Positions 1 to 9,801 of a DNA stretch of 64,000 bases are shown in pieces. A program made the position numbers and the translations under genes. The DNA is from a virus: the IMG/VR virus record IMGVR_UViG_3300031647_000001; one strand, written 5' to 3'. Each line of letters begins with the position of its first letter. The stretch's first letter is position 1. Under the pieces are notes generated by a model, which worked only from the letters and a program-made list of their open reading frames with translations, was not told the DNA's origin and searched no databases.

Positions 1-1134
1 GCTACATCAGGTAGTTCTATCAGGGGTTTATCTATTAACTTATTGTTTTTAGATGAGTTTGCTTTCGTAGAAAATGATGCACAGTTTTATACTTCTACTT
101 ATCCAGTTGTTTCTGCTGGTAAAGACACACAAATAATTATATGTTCTACAGCAAATGGAGTGGGTAATGTATACCACAAGCTATGGGAAGGTGCATCCAC
201 AGGGACAAATGATTTTGGTCCGTTTAGAGTGGATTGGTGGGACGTACCTGGAAGAGATGATGAATGGAAACGAGTAACTGTAGCGAATACATCGGAATTA
301 CAGTTCGAGCAAGAGTTTGGTAATACTTTTCATGGAAGAGGTAATACATTAATATCTGCTAATCATTTGTTAGCGCAAATGGCTAGAGAACCAATAACAA
401 TAAAAGAAAATATATTAACGTACGAATCACCTATAATAAACCATGATTATATTATGACAGTAGATGTGGCCAGAGGTAGAGGGCAGGATTATAGTACTTT
501 TACTATCATTGATATATCAGTTGAACCATTCAATCAAGTGTGTGTATTTAGAGATAATAATATATCACCAATGCTATTACCAGATTTAGTATATAAATAC
601 GCAAATGCTTATAACGAAGCATACGTTATTGTAGAATCAAACGATCAAGGTGTTGTAGTGTGTAATGGTTTATACTATGACTTAGAATATGAGAACATGT
701 TTGTAGAATCAGCAGTTAAAAAGAATGCGATTGGTGCTACAATGACCAAAAGAGTAAAAAGAATTGGTTGTTCTACCATAAAAGATTTAATAGAACAAGG
801 GAAACTATCAATACATGATGCTAATACCATAGTAGAAATGACTACCTTTGTTTCGAAAGGGACATCATTTGAAGCTTCGGCATCTAATCATGATGACCTT
901 ATGATGAATTTAGTACTGTTTGCATGGTTTACTAGTACTGATATATTTCAATCTATAACAGATATAGACATGAAGAACATGTTGTATAAAGAACAACTTC
1001 AAGCAATCCAAGATGATATGATACCACTTGGATTTCTTGGTAACGTGGCTGATAATAAGCCAAAATTTGAGCAAGATGAAGACGGAACGGTTTGGTTTGA
1101 AACCCCATTGGGTAGACATGACGGGCAGTTCTAG
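1..1134 (+). CDS. gp17: Terminase large subunit, C-terminal part (5'-truncated by window edge)
   Basis: Frame is open from nt 1 (ATSGSSIRGLSINLLFLDEFAF, Walker B), followed by nuclease-domain motifs VDVARGRG.DYS and NHDDLMM; lies directly upstream of the tail sheath gene as in T4-like phages. Confidence 0.95.
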   Translation, partial: ATSGSSIRGLSINLLFLDEFAFVENDAQFYTSTYPVVSAGKDTQIIICSTANGVGNVYHKLWEGASTGTNDFGPFRVDWWDVPGRDDEWKRVTVANTSELQFEQEFGNTFHGRGNTLISANHLLAQMAREPITIKENILTYESPIINHDYIMTVDVARGRGQDYSTFTIIDISVEPFNQVCVFRDNNISPMLLPDLVYKYANAYNEAYVIVESNDQGVVVCNGLYYDLEYENMFVESAVKKNAIGATMTKRVKRIGCSTIKDLIEQGKLSIHDANTIVEMTTFVSKGTSFEASASNHDDLMMNLVLFAWFTSTDIFQSITDIDMKNMLYKEQLQAIQDDMIPLGFLGNVADNKPKFEQDEDGTVWFETPLGRHDGQF

Positions 1135-1147
1135 AGTTTATTTATAT

Positions 1148-1155
1148 TATAAATA
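1148..1155 (+). promoter_or_regulatory. T4-type late promoter TATAAATA
   Basis: Exact TATAAATA in the intergenic gap upstream of gp18; genome encodes gp55. Confidence 0.75.
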
Positions 1156-1235
1156 ACTATGATTGAATAAAAAAGTGTAAAAACTTTTCCGTATTATGTT
1201 AACTTATAAACAAACCTTTTTGAGAGGATAAAGCG

Positions 1236-2945
1236 ATGGCATTTCAAGTATCACCAGGAGTTCAAGTCAAGGAAATTGACGCGACATCCGTAGTACCTGC
1301 CGTATCAACCAGCATTGGTGGATTCGCAGGATCATTTAATTGGGGTCCGGTAGACCAAGTAATCACAGTAGGTTCTGAAAAGAGCTTAGCTGGAATATTC
1401 GGTACACCAGACGACAATACTTTCTCGTACTTTCTAACGGCAGCGTCATTTTTAAAATATGGCAATGCATTGAAAGTAGTCAGGGTAGCCTCAGGTCACA
1501 AGAATGCGACTTCAGACGGCGCTGGCCAGCTAATCAAAAATGATGATGATTATATTAATAATAACTATGCAACTTCTGATGCTGATAACAAGGGACAATG
1601 GGCTGCAAAGTTTCCAGGTATCCTTGGCAACAGCTTAAAAGTTGAAACAGTTACTGCCGATATTAGCACGTCGAATTTTAACGCTTGGGCATCCCAAGGG
1701 CAATTCGATAGCAAACCCGGTACATCAGACTATGCAACTAACTTAGGCAAAAGTGCAAGTTTCAATGATGAAGTACATGTGATCGTAATAGATCAAGATG
1801 GACTTTTCACAGGTACTGCTAACACAGTATTAGAAACTTTCGCATTCATGTCTATCGGTTCAGATGCTAAGGCAAACGATGGTACAAGTAACTATTATGT
1901 AGATGTTATTAATCAAAGATCTAATTACATTAGATTTATGGATCATATCTCATCATTATCAAGTGCAGGAAGTGCACTTTCCGGACTATCGAGTCTGTCC
2001 GGTACATTAACTTCAGTAGATTCTGACAGTCTCGGAGGAGGCTTAGATGATAACGTACCAACCACTGGCGAAATTGCATTAGGTTACGACCTATTGGAAG
2101 ATGGCGAAACAGTAGATGTAAATTTACTTTTTGCAACTCCAGACGCAAATGGTTCGAATGTAATTGCAAACGATCTTATTTCCATAGCAGCGGCTAGGAA
2201 AGATTGTATGGCATTTGTATCCCCACCAATCGCAGACACACAGGGGTCTTCAACACCTGCAGCAGATGTAAAAGTCTTTGCAGATACATTAACATCAAGC
2301 TCTTATGCTTCATGTGATTCAACAGCTCTTTATGTCTATGACAAATACAATGATAAATATCGTTGGATTGGAGCAGCTGGTCACGTAGCAGGACTTTGTG
2401 CTAATACAGATACTGTAGCTGATTCTTGGTTCTCACCAGCTGGTGTGAATCGTGGACAACTATTGGGTGTAGTCAAGTTGGCACATAATCCTAAACAGGC
2501 AGATAGAGATACCTTGTATAAAGCAAGAGTAAATCCGATTGTATCGTTGTCTGGTCAGGGAACTATTCTCTTCGGAGATAAAACATTGTTAAGTAAGCCT
2601 TCAGCATTTGATAGAATCAATGTAAGAAGATTATTTAACACATTAGAAAAAGCAATCTCAACTGCTGCTAAAGCACAGTTATTTGAATTCAACGATGAAT
2701 TTACGCAAGCACAGTTCAAAAACTTAATTGAGCCATTCTTGAGAGATGTGAAGGGGCGTAGAGGACTAACAGATTTCTTAGTTGTTTGCGATAGTACTAA
2801 CAATACAAGTCAAGTAGTTGATGGTAATCAATTTGTAGCTGATATATTTATCAAGCCTTCAAGATCGATTAACTTCATTACTTTAAACTTTGTAGCCACA
2901 AGATCAGGGGTCGAATTTACTGAGATCGCTGGTACTTCAGCATAA
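1236..2945 (+). CDS. gp18: Tail sheath protein
   Basis: N-terminal SPGVQVKEID, WGPV, WFSPAG.NRG, GDKT and FDRINVRRLF motifs of T4 gp18. Confidence 0.97.
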   Translation: MAFQVSPGVQVKEIDATSVVPAVSTSIGGFAGSFNWGPVDQVITVGSEKSLAGIFGTPDDNTFSYFLTAASFLKYGNALKVVRVASGHKNATSDGAGQLIKNDDDYINNNYATSDADNKGQWAAKFPGILGNSLKVETVTADISTSNFNAWASQGQFDSKPGTSDYATNLGKSASFNDEVHVIVIDQDGLFTGTANTVLETFAFMSIGSDAKANDGTSNYYVDVINQRSNYIRFMDHISSLSSAGSALSGLSSLSGTLTSVDSDSLGGGLDDNVPTTGEIALGYDLLEDGETVDVNLLFATPDANGSNVIANDLISIAAARKDCMAFVSPPIADTQGSSTPAADVKVFADTLTSSSYASCDSTALYVYDKYNDKYRWIGAAGHVAGLCANTDTVADSWFSPAGVNRGQLLGVVKLAHNPKQADRDTLYKARVNPIVSLSGQGTILFGDKTLLSKPSAFDRINVRRLFNTLEKAISTAAKAQLFEFNDEFTQAQFKNLIEPFLRDVKGRRGLTDFLVVCDSTNNTSQVVDGNQFVADIFIKPSRSINFITLNFVATRSGVEFTEIAGTSA

Positions 2946-2957
2946 TAGGAGAATAAC

Positions 2958-3485
2958 ATGGCAATTTTAGGAGTAGACGATTTTAAATCTAAACTAACTG
3001 GCGGCGGCGCTAGGTCAAATCTATTTAAAGCAACCGTTAATTTTCCAAGTTACGTAGCTGCTGATGTGGAATTAACATCTTTCTTATGTAAGGGAGTACA
3101 GATTCCAGGGTCAACGATAGCACCTATTGCTATACCATTCAGAGGCAGACAGCTTCAGATGGCAGGTGATAGAACTTTCGAACCATTATCATTGACAATC
3201 ATCAATGATGCTAACTTTAAAGTTAGAAATGCGTTTGAGTCTTGGGCTAATGGTATTAACAATTTCGCTACTAACACTGGTCTATCAAATATGAATGATT
3301 ATATTTGTGACGTAGTAGTAGAGCAGCTTAATAAAGCTGGCGAAACTGTTAAGAAATATGACTTTAGAGGTTGTTGGCCTTCTTCAGTTTCAACTATCGA
3401 TTTAAATTACGATAGTGAAAACACGATAGAAGAGTTCACAGTTGAACTACAGGTTCAATATTGGGAGTCAGATACTACCTCTTAG
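2958..3485 (+). CDS. gp19: Tail tube protein
   Basis: GARSNLF, PFRGRQL..AGDRTF.P and FTV..QVQYW motifs; follows sheath gene. Confidence 0.95.
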   Translation: MAILGVDDFKSKLTGGGARSNLFKATVNFPSYVAADVELTSFLCKGVQIPGSTIAPIAIPFRGRQLQMAGDRTFEPLSLTIINDANFKVRNAFESWANGINNFATNTGLSNMNDYICDVVVEQLNKAGETVKKYDFRGCWPSSVSTIDLNYDSENTIEEFTVELQVQYWESDTTS

Positions 3486-3491
3486 AAGTAG

Positions 3492-3499
3492 TATAAATA
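3492..3499 (+). promoter_or_regulatory. Late promoter TATAAATA upstream of portal gene
   Basis: Exact motif in the gp19-gp20 gap, followed by a GC-rich hairpin at 3506-3530. Confidence 0.7.
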
Positions 3500-3550
3500 A
3501 TAATAGGAGAGGGGAACTGGTTTCCCCTCCGATATTATAGGAAATAAATT

Positions 3551-5038
3551 ATGGCAGAATTTTTCGGATTCGAGATAAACAGGAAAAAGGGTAACAAGGA
3601 TAACCTTGTATCTATAGTTCCATCCACAGAAAACGACGGCGCGGGTGTAATAAACTCGGGAGGTCACTTTGGGCAATATCTAGATCAAGACGCAGATAAA
3701 CAAAAGAACGAAGTAGAGCTTATTGTAAAATATAGGGATATTGCAGCACAGCCAGAATGTGATGCAGCTATTGAAGACATTGTTAACGAATCAATTGTAG
3801 GTGACCATGATGAGGCACCTGTTAATATTATATTAGATAAATTAGAAATATCAGATAAAATCAAAGATACCGTAAGAGACGAATTTGATGTTATCCTAAA
3901 GCTTATGGGCTTCAATCAGTATTCACATGATATATTCAGAAAGTGGTACATTGATGGAAGATTACCGTATCACGTTATTATTAACGATGCTAATCCAAAA
4001 GCAGGTATTAAAGAATTAAGATATATCGATCCAACGCAATTACGTAAAGTAAAAGAGATCGAAGAACAACAAGACCCTAAAACTGGGGCAACACTGGTTG
4101 TTAAACAAGCAGAGTATTTCTTATTCCAAAACAATAAGATGACTCAAACAGATCAAGGTGTTAAAATACATCCTGATGCTATATTATATGCTACGTCCGG
4201 GATGATGGATCCAACTCGTTCTAGAATATTATCTTACTTGCAAAAAGCAATTAAGCCAGTCAACCAATTAAGAATGATGGAAGATTCCTTGGTTATCTAC
4301 AGAATAAGTAGAGCACCTGAAAGAAGAATCTTTTATATTGACGTAGGTAACCTACCAAAAGGTAAAGCAGAAGAATACTTACGTAACATCATGAATCAGT
4401 ATAGAAACAAATTAGTATACGATGCCGCGACAGGAGATGTTAAAGATGATAAGAAACATATGTCGATGCTCGAAGATTTCTTCTTACCGCGTAGAGAAGG
4501 TGGTAGAGGTACGGAAATTTCGACCCTCCCAGGAGGAGAAAATCTCGGACAGATTGATGATATCATATACTTCCAAAAGAAACTGTATAAAGCCCTTAAC
4601 GTACCAATTAACAGATTGGAACAAGAGAATCAGTTTAGTTTAGGTAGAAGTACTGAAATATCTAGAGATGAAGTTAAGTTTAAAAAATTCATTGATAGAT
4701 TAAGAAAAAGATTTTCCGATGTGTTTATGCAAGCACTTAAAACTCAATTACTATTAAAGGGTATTATAACCGTTAATGATTGGGAAAGCTGGAAAGAAAG
4801 TATTGTTTTTGACTTTATTGAAGATAACTATTTTAGTGAACTGAAAGAAAGTGAAATGATAAGGGAAAGATTCGAACTTATAAGTTCTGTTGATGAGTAT
4901 GTAGGTAAATACGTATCAAATGAATGGGTAAGAAAGAATATACTCCGTCAAACTGATGACGACATAGAAGAGTTAACCAAACAAATCGAACAGGAAAAGG
5001 CTGATGCCCCTGACGATGAAGATGATTTGGACTTCTAG
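3551..5038 (+). CDS. gp20: Portal protein
   Basis: YRISRAPERRIFYIDVGNLPK.KAE.YL and EDF.LPRREGGRGTEI.TLPGG motifs. Confidence 0.98.
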   Translation: MAEFFGFEINRKKGNKDNLVSIVPSTENDGAGVINSGGHFGQYLDQDADKQKNEVELIVKYRDIAAQPECDAAIEDIVNESIVGDHDEAPVNIILDKLEISDKIKDTVRDEFDVILKLMGFNQYSHDIFRKWYIDGRLPYHVIINDANPKAGIKELRYIDPTQLRKVKEIEEQQDPKTGATLVVKQAEYFLFQNNKMTQTDQGVKIHPDAILYATSGMMDPTRSRILSYLQKAIKPVNQLRMMEDSLVIYRISRAPERRIFYIDVGNLPKGKAEEYLRNIMNQYRNKLVYDAATGDVKDDKKHMSMLEDFFLPRREGGRGTEISTLPGGENLGQIDDIIYFQKKLYKALNVPINRLEQENQFSLGRSTEISRDEVKFKKFIDRLRKRFSDVFMQALKTQLLLKGIITVNDWESWKESIVFDFIEDNYFSELKESEMIRERFELISSVDEYVGKYVSNEWVRKNILRQTDDDIEELTKQIEQEKADAPDDEDDLDF

Positions 5039-5051
5039 AGATTTAAATAAC

Positions 5052-5059
5052 TATAAATA
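5052..5059 (+). promoter_or_regulatory. Late promoter TATAAATA
   Basis: Exact motif between gp20 and the prohead core gene. Confidence 0.7.
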
Positions 5060-5079
5060 TATACAGAACGAGGATAATT

Positions 5080-5247
5080 ATGACTACAGAGAATTTGATA
5101 ACAAATTTAAAAGACGGTGACAATGTCGCTGCACAAAAAAGCTTTAATGATATAATGTCAGTAAAGCTCACTGCTGCTATAGATGCAAAGAAAATTGAAA
5201 TAGCAGGCACAATAGGTAATAAACAACCAGAAGCCGAACAGGCTTAA
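5080..5247 (+). CDS. Small prohead core protein (gp67-like), 55 aa
   Basis: Not in ORF track; read manually as MTTENLITNLKDGDNVAAQKSFNDIM...EQA with RBS GAGG; sits between portal and protease as gp67/68 do. Confidence 0.7.
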   Translation: MTTENLITNLKDGDNVAAQKSFNDIMSVKLTAAIDAKKIEIAGTIGNKQPEAEQA

Positions 5248-5257
5248 AGAGGTATAA

Positions 5258-5905
5258 ATGAAACTAATATCAGAATACGTAGATAATAACCTACAAATTC
5301 TTTCTGAAAAGAATGAAAAAGGCGAAAAGTCTTTTGTGATAGAGGGTGTATTTATGCAGGCCAATAAGAAAAATAGAAATGGCCGTGTTTATGATAAAAA
5401 GATTTTGGAAGCTGCAGTTGGCAAATACGTCGACGAGCAGGTTTCACAAGGTAGAGCAGTTGGAGAGTTAAATCATCCGGAAGGACCAACTGTAAACCTT
5501 GACAAAGTTTCACATAAGATCACAAACTTGGAATTCCAAGGGAATGATGTTATGGGAAAAGCATCAATACTTAATACTCCTATGGGTAATATCGTTAGCG
5601 GTTTACTTGAAGGCGGAGTTAAGCTTGGTGTATCAAGTCGTGGTATGGGAACTCTTGAAAACAAGGGTGGCGTTATGTATGTGAAGAATGACTTTATGTT
5701 AGCTTCAGTAGATATCGTTCAAGACCCTTCTGCGCCGTCAGCATTTGTTAACGGTGTAATGGAAGGTGTTGAATGGATATGGAATAACGGTATTCTTGCT
5801 CCTCAAGAAATTGAAAAAATTGAGACTGAAATAAAACGTACTCCCGCTAGGCACTTGCCAGCAATGGAAATTAGAGCGTTTAAACATTTCCTCTCTAAAC
5901 TTTAA
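5258..5905 (+). CDS. gp21: Prohead core protease
   Basis: KNRNGRVY, GELNHP and LGVSSRG.G motifs. Confidence 0.97.
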   Translation: MKLISEYVDNNLQILSEKNEKGEKSFVIEGVFMQANKKNRNGRVYDKKILEAAVGKYVDEQVSQGRAVGELNHPEGPTVNLDKVSHKITNLEFQGNDVMGKASILNTPMGNIVSGLLEGGVKLGVSSRGMGTLENKGGVMYVKNDFMLASVDIVQDPSAPSAFVNGVMEGVEWIWNNGILAPQEIEKIETEIKRTPARHLPAMEIRAFKHFLSKL

Positions 5906-5930
5906 ACTTATAACTTAAGAGGACAAACAA

Positions 5931-7100
5931 ATGTCAATGACAGATGAAATAAAAAAAGTTGTCGCTGAAGGCGTAAATGCCGAAGTAACTGAAGATGAAA
6001 TCTCTGAAGTTGCGGAAGTTGAAGCAGAGCAGGAAGTTGTAGAAGCTAAAGACGATAAAGAAGAAGACGATAAAGAAACTGAGAATGATTCTGACGAAGA
6101 TGAAGAAGAGGATGTCAAAGAAAATGACGAATCTGATGAAGACGAAGAAGAAGAAGACGAAGTGACTGAAGTCCAAATTCCTAAGACTAAAGCTGCTGTA
6201 ATTAACGCTGCTGTTCAAATGCTGAAGAAAGCGAAGAAAGACGAAGCGCAACAGTTATTTGCCAAGATGGTAAAAATGTCTGAGTCTGAAGACGAAGGTG
6301 GATTGGTTAAAAAGGGCGAAAAAGCAGGACCTGGAAAGGTTGCTACACCCAAAGCCAAAGCATCTAAAGTCGTAGAGGCGAACTGGGACGAAGATCTAGA
6401 TCTTATTGTCGCAGAAGAGGCAACACTATCGGATGGATTCCGTGATAAAGCTAGTGCAATCTTTGAGGCTGCTTACAAATCAAAAGTAAGTGCTGAAATA
6501 GATAGACTAGAAGCAGAATATGCGCAAAACCTTGAAGAAGAAGTTAATGACGTTCAAAGCTCACTCGTAGAAAAAGTAGATTCTTACTTAAACTATGTTG
6601 TTGAAGGATGGATGGAGCAAAATGAAGTTGCAATAGAACAAGGTCTTAGGACTGAAGTTGCAGAGCAATTCATGGAATCATTACAAACTGTATTCAAGGA
6701 ACATTATATAGAAGTTCCCGAAGGGAAAGCAGACCTAGTCGACGATTTAGCCGACCAAGTAGCTGAACTAGAAGAACAACTAAATAAAACCACAGAAGAG
6801 AACATAGGATTATTTGAAAGCAATAACGCACACGTTAAAGCTAGAATTATATCTGAGCAATCTTCAGGCTTAGCAGCAACCGAAGCTGAGAAACTATCAT
6901 CTTTAGTAGAAGATATAGATTTTGATAATGCAAGTACTTTCGAAATGAAAGTAAATACCATTAAAGAATCTTACTTCATTAATGAAGTTAGTGGAACAGT
7001 TGATGAAGCTGATGCTCTAATTGGTAACGACGAAGCTCCAGTAGTTTCTGTTGGTGTCATGGATGCATACACTAAAGCCATAACAAAAGCTAGTAAATAG
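5931..7100 (+). CDS. gp22: Prohead core scaffolding protein
   Basis: Acidic N-terminus; KVDSYLNYVVE.W and LKTVF.EHYIEVP-like motifs; position between gp21 and gp23. Confidence 0.93.
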   Translation: MSMTDEIKKVVAEGVNAEVTEDEISEVAEVEAEQEVVEAKDDKEEDDKETENDSDEDEEEDVKENDESDEDEEEEDEVTEVQIPKTKAAVINAAVQMLKKAKKDEAQQLFAKMVKMSESEDEGGLVKKGEKAGPGKVATPKAKASKVVEANWDEDLDLIVAEEATLSDGFRDKASAIFEAAYKSKVSAEIDRLEAEYAQNLEEEVNDVQSSLVEKVDSYLNYVVEGWMEQNEVAIEQGLRTEVAEQFMESLQTVFKEHYIEVPEGKADLVDDLADQVAELEEQLNKTTEENIGLFESNNAHVKARIISEQSSGLAATEAEKLSSLVEDIDFDNASTFEMKVNTIKESYFINEVSGTVDEADALIGNDEAPVVSVGVMDAYTKAITKASK

Positions 7101-7134
7101 TTAATATTAATAAAACATATAGGGGAAACTAAAA

Positions 7135-8457
7135 ATGTTTAACGCAGACGCACAATTAATGGAGAAATGGTCTCCAGTGTTGGAACACACAGATGTTCCA
7201 AGTATCGAAGATAGATACAAAAAAGCGGTAACTGCCCGTCTTCTTGAAAACCAAGAAGTAGCTTTACAAGAAGAAAGAGTACAACAATCATTTGGTAATG
7301 TAAATGAAGCCGCAGCTAACGCCGCTGGTGGAATTTCTAACTTTGATCCAGTACTTATCTCTTTAGTAAGACGAGCAATGCCAAACCTTATTGCATATGA
7401 TATCGCAGGCGTGCAGCCTATGAGTGGACCAACTGGTCTTATCTTTGCAATGAAATCAAAGTATACTGCACAGAATGGAACAGAGGCTTTATTCAATGAA
7501 GCTGATACTGACTTTTCTGGTACAGGTACTCATCAAGCCGAACCTACTGGTTTAGGCGGAGCAACGGATGCTGATACAGACGGAAGTATTGCAGATACAG
7601 CAGCAGCTGATATCACTAATACATTCGGTTCTGGTCTACCAACTGCTACTGCAGAACAACGTGGTATGTCAGGTGGAGCTGGTGCAGCTTTCGGTGAAAT
7701 GGCTTTCTCAATCGAGAAATCTACTGTAACTGCTAAGTCAAGAGCTCTTAAAGCTGAATACACTATGGAACTTGCTCAAGATCTTAAAGCAATCCACGGT
7801 CTAGACGCTGAAGGCGAACTTGCTAATATCCTATCTGCTGAAATCCTTGCGGAAATCAACAGAGAAGTAGTTAGAACAGTTCTTACTAAAGCTAAAATCG
7901 GTGCTCTACAATCTTCAACTGCTATTTCTGGTGTCTTTGACGTCGGTACAGATAGTGATGGAAGATGGATGGCTGAGAAATTTAAAGGACTAGTAATGCA
8001 ACTTGAAAGAGAAGCTAACGTAATTGCTAAAGAAACAAGACGTGGAAAAGGTAACTATGTTATCGTTTCTTCTGATGTTGCTTCAGCTTTAGCTGCTTCT
8101 GGAATGTTGGACTACTCACCTGCAATGTCAACTAACTTAAACGTCGATGATACTGGTAATACTTTTGCCGGTGTTCTTAATGGAAGAATGAAGGTCTATA
8201 TTGATCCTTATGCTACTATTGACTTCGCATGTGTTGGTTACAGAGGTGCTAATCCTTATGACGCTGGTCTATTCTATTGTCCTTACGTTCCTTTAACTAT
8301 GGTTAAAGCGATTGGTGAGACAGACTTCCAGCCTAGAATTGGTTTTAAAACAAGATACGGTATGGTTGCAAATCCATTCGTAGCTGCTGATGGAATTGGT
8401 ACAGATCGTGCTAACCCATACTTTAGAATCTTCAGAATCGACGACATCATGGTGTAA
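7135..8457 (+). CDS. gp23: Major capsid protein
   Basis: LVRRAMPNLIAYDIAGVQPM.GPTGLIFAM, AKSRALKAEYTMELAQDLKAIHGLDAE and FYCPYVPL motifs. Confidence 0.99.
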   Translation: MFNADAQLMEKWSPVLEHTDVPSIEDRYKKAVTARLLENQEVALQEERVQQSFGNVNEAAANAAGGISNFDPVLISLVRRAMPNLIAYDIAGVQPMSGPTGLIFAMKSKYTAQNGTEALFNEADTDFSGTGTHQAEPTGLGGATDADTDGSIADTAAADITNTFGSGLPTATAEQRGMSGGAGAAFGEMAFSIEKSTVTAKSRALKAEYTMELAQDLKAIHGLDAEGELANILSAEILAEINREVVRTVLTKAKIGALQSSTAISGVFDVGTDSDGRWMAEKFKGLVMQLEREANVIAKETRRGKGNYVIVSSDVASALAASGMLDYSPAMSTNLNVDDTGNTFAGVLNGRMKVYIDPYATIDFACVGYRGANPYDAGLFYCPYVPLTMVKAIGETDFQPRIGFKTRYGMVANPFVAADGIGTDRANPYFRIFRIDDIMV

Positions 8458-8485
8458 ACCTGATTTAGTTAATTCTAATTCTTTT

Positions 8486-8514
8486 AAAAGGGGCTCTTCG
8501 GAGTCCCTTTTTTT
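8486..8514 (+). terminator. Rho-independent terminator after gp23
   Basis: GGGGCTC-TTCG-GAGTCCC stem with C(UUCG)G tetraloop and T-run. Confidence 0.9.
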
Positions 8515-8517
8515 ATG

Positions 8518-8525
8518 TATAAATA
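8518..8525 (+). promoter_or_regulatory. Late promoter TATAAATA
   Basis: Exact motif right after the terminator; another copy at 8739-8746 precedes gp3. Confidence 0.65.
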
Positions 8526-8530
8526 GTAGT

Positions 8531-8743
8531 ATGAATATAATAAATAGCAGTTTTCAAAACCAACTATCATCCTACCGTAACAATAACCGTCAAGGTGTTG
8601 TATGGCTTACCACCGAAGGTGCATATGCATGTAGGTTTTACGAGAATCAAGTTTGGCAAAAGGACGAAGTATACGCTGGACGTTCAGAATCATATGCAGA
8701 AGAAGCTGCAGAAAATTATGTATTTAACATTGAGAACGTATAA
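8531..8743 (+). CDS. Hypothetical protein, 70 aa
   Basis: In-frame ATG at 8531 of the tracked ORF 8390..8743, just after a late promoter. Confidence 0.6.
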   Translation: MNIINSSFQNQLSSYRNNNRQGVVWLTTEGAYACRFYENQVWQKDEVYAGRSESYAEEAAENYVFNIENV

Positions 8744-8751
8744 ATAGATAT

Positions 8752-8838
8752 ATGGATGAAAAAACTAACGACGGTAGATGGAACTGGTATGGCGAAAGGC
8801 AACCAGTAGAGGAAGAAGATGGCACTAACACAAAATAA
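8752..8838 (+). CDS. Possible 28-aa peptide (MDEKTNDGRWNWYGERQ...)
   Basis: Short ORF directly after TATAAATA at 8739, overlapping gp3 start. Confidence 0.3.
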   Translation: MDEKTNDGRWNWYGERQPVEEEDGTNTK

Positions 8839-9286
8839 AAACTTTATGAGTCCTGTTGGATTCGTATTCAAACTAGATGCAACTAACTTTGCAAACACCG
8901 AATACTTCTGTACTCAAGTTACTATGCCAGGTATATCCTTATCTGAAGCGGTAGTACCATATAGAGGTGTGAATCTTGCGATGACTGGTGACAGATTACA
9001 GTTCGATGATTTAGCTATCAGGTTTAACGTTACTGAGAATATGGAAAACTATATAGAGATATTCGATTGGATGCATAATATTATACAAGCTAAAGACGCT
9101 GAATCGTATAAGTTTGATGCTTCTCTATTGATTATGTCTTCTCACAATAACCTATTAAAAACTATTAAATTCCAAGAGGTATTTCCTACTAGCTTAACAT
9201 CAGTAGAATTTAACTCTCAAGCAGGTGATGTGGAATACTTGCAAGCTGACGTAACATTTAAATATACTTTATTTGAATTTGCTTAA
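8819..9286 (+). CDS. gp3: Tail completion / tube terminator (gp3-like, gp19 fold)
   Basis: NFMSP.GF.F, PG.SL..A, GD...F..L.I.F.V.ENMENY.EI..W motifs; position after gp23. Confidence 0.8.
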   Translation: MALTQNKNFMSPVGFVFKLDATNFANTEYFCTQVTMPGISLSEAVVPYRGVNLAMTGDRLQFDDLAIRFNVTENMENYIEIFDWMHNIIQAKDAESYKFDASLLIMSSHNNLLKTIKFQEVFPTSLTSVEFNSQAGDVEYLQADVTFKYTLFEFA

Positions 9287-9294
9287 AATATACC

Positions 9295-9323
9295 TGTACA
9301 TTTGTACAAATTTATGGTATAAT
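9295..9323 (+). promoter_or_regulatory. Sigma70-like early/middle promoter (TGTACA-N17-TATAAT, extended -10 TG)
   Basis: TGTACA 9295-9300, ATGGTATAAT ending 9323, upstream of uvsY. Confidence 0.8.
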
Positions 9324-9354
9324 ATTATAAAATGTATTAAATTATGGAGACATT

Positions 9355-9801
9355 ATGAATAACTTAGAATCGATTCTAGCACTGTGGAAGAAAGATTGTA
9401 TTATAGATGAAATACAATTAGACGAAGCTTCCAGAGACTCAGCTAAATTGCACAGTAAATACTTAGATCTATATTCAGTCAATAGGCTGAAGCAAAAAGA
9501 TCTAGACCTCAAATACAAAATCATACTCAGAGATAAATTCAAACATTACGGTGGTAAACTGTCACAGCAAGAAATGGACCATAAAGGTTGGGAATACGAT
9601 CCCCTTGGTGGTCATACAGTATTGAAAGGTGACCTTGATAAATGGTATGATGCTGATGAGGTAATACAAGAACATCAGAAAAGAATGGCTGTACAAGACG
9701 AGGTAGTTTCTACTCTAAAAGAGATAATGGAAAATATTAAATGGCGACATCAGACAATTAAAAATATGATTGAATGGAGAAAGTTCACTAGTGGAATATA
9801 A
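9355..9801 (+). CDS. uvsY: Recombination mediator UvsY
   Basis: W.KD..ID...LD..S...AKLHSKYL and IKNMIEWRKF..G motifs. Confidence 0.9.
   Translation: MNNLESILALWKKDCIIDEIQLDEASRDSAKLHSKYLDLYSVNRLKQKDLDLKYKIILRDKFKHYGGKLSQQEMDHKGWEYDPLGGHTVLKGDLDKWYDADEVIQEHQKRMAVQDEVVSTLKEIMENIKWRHQTIKNMIEWRKFTSGI

Noticed and set aside
5931-6180. GAA/GAC-rich low-complexity stretch resembling a tandem repeat
   Set aside because: It is the acidic N-terminus of the gp22 scaffold, normal for this family.
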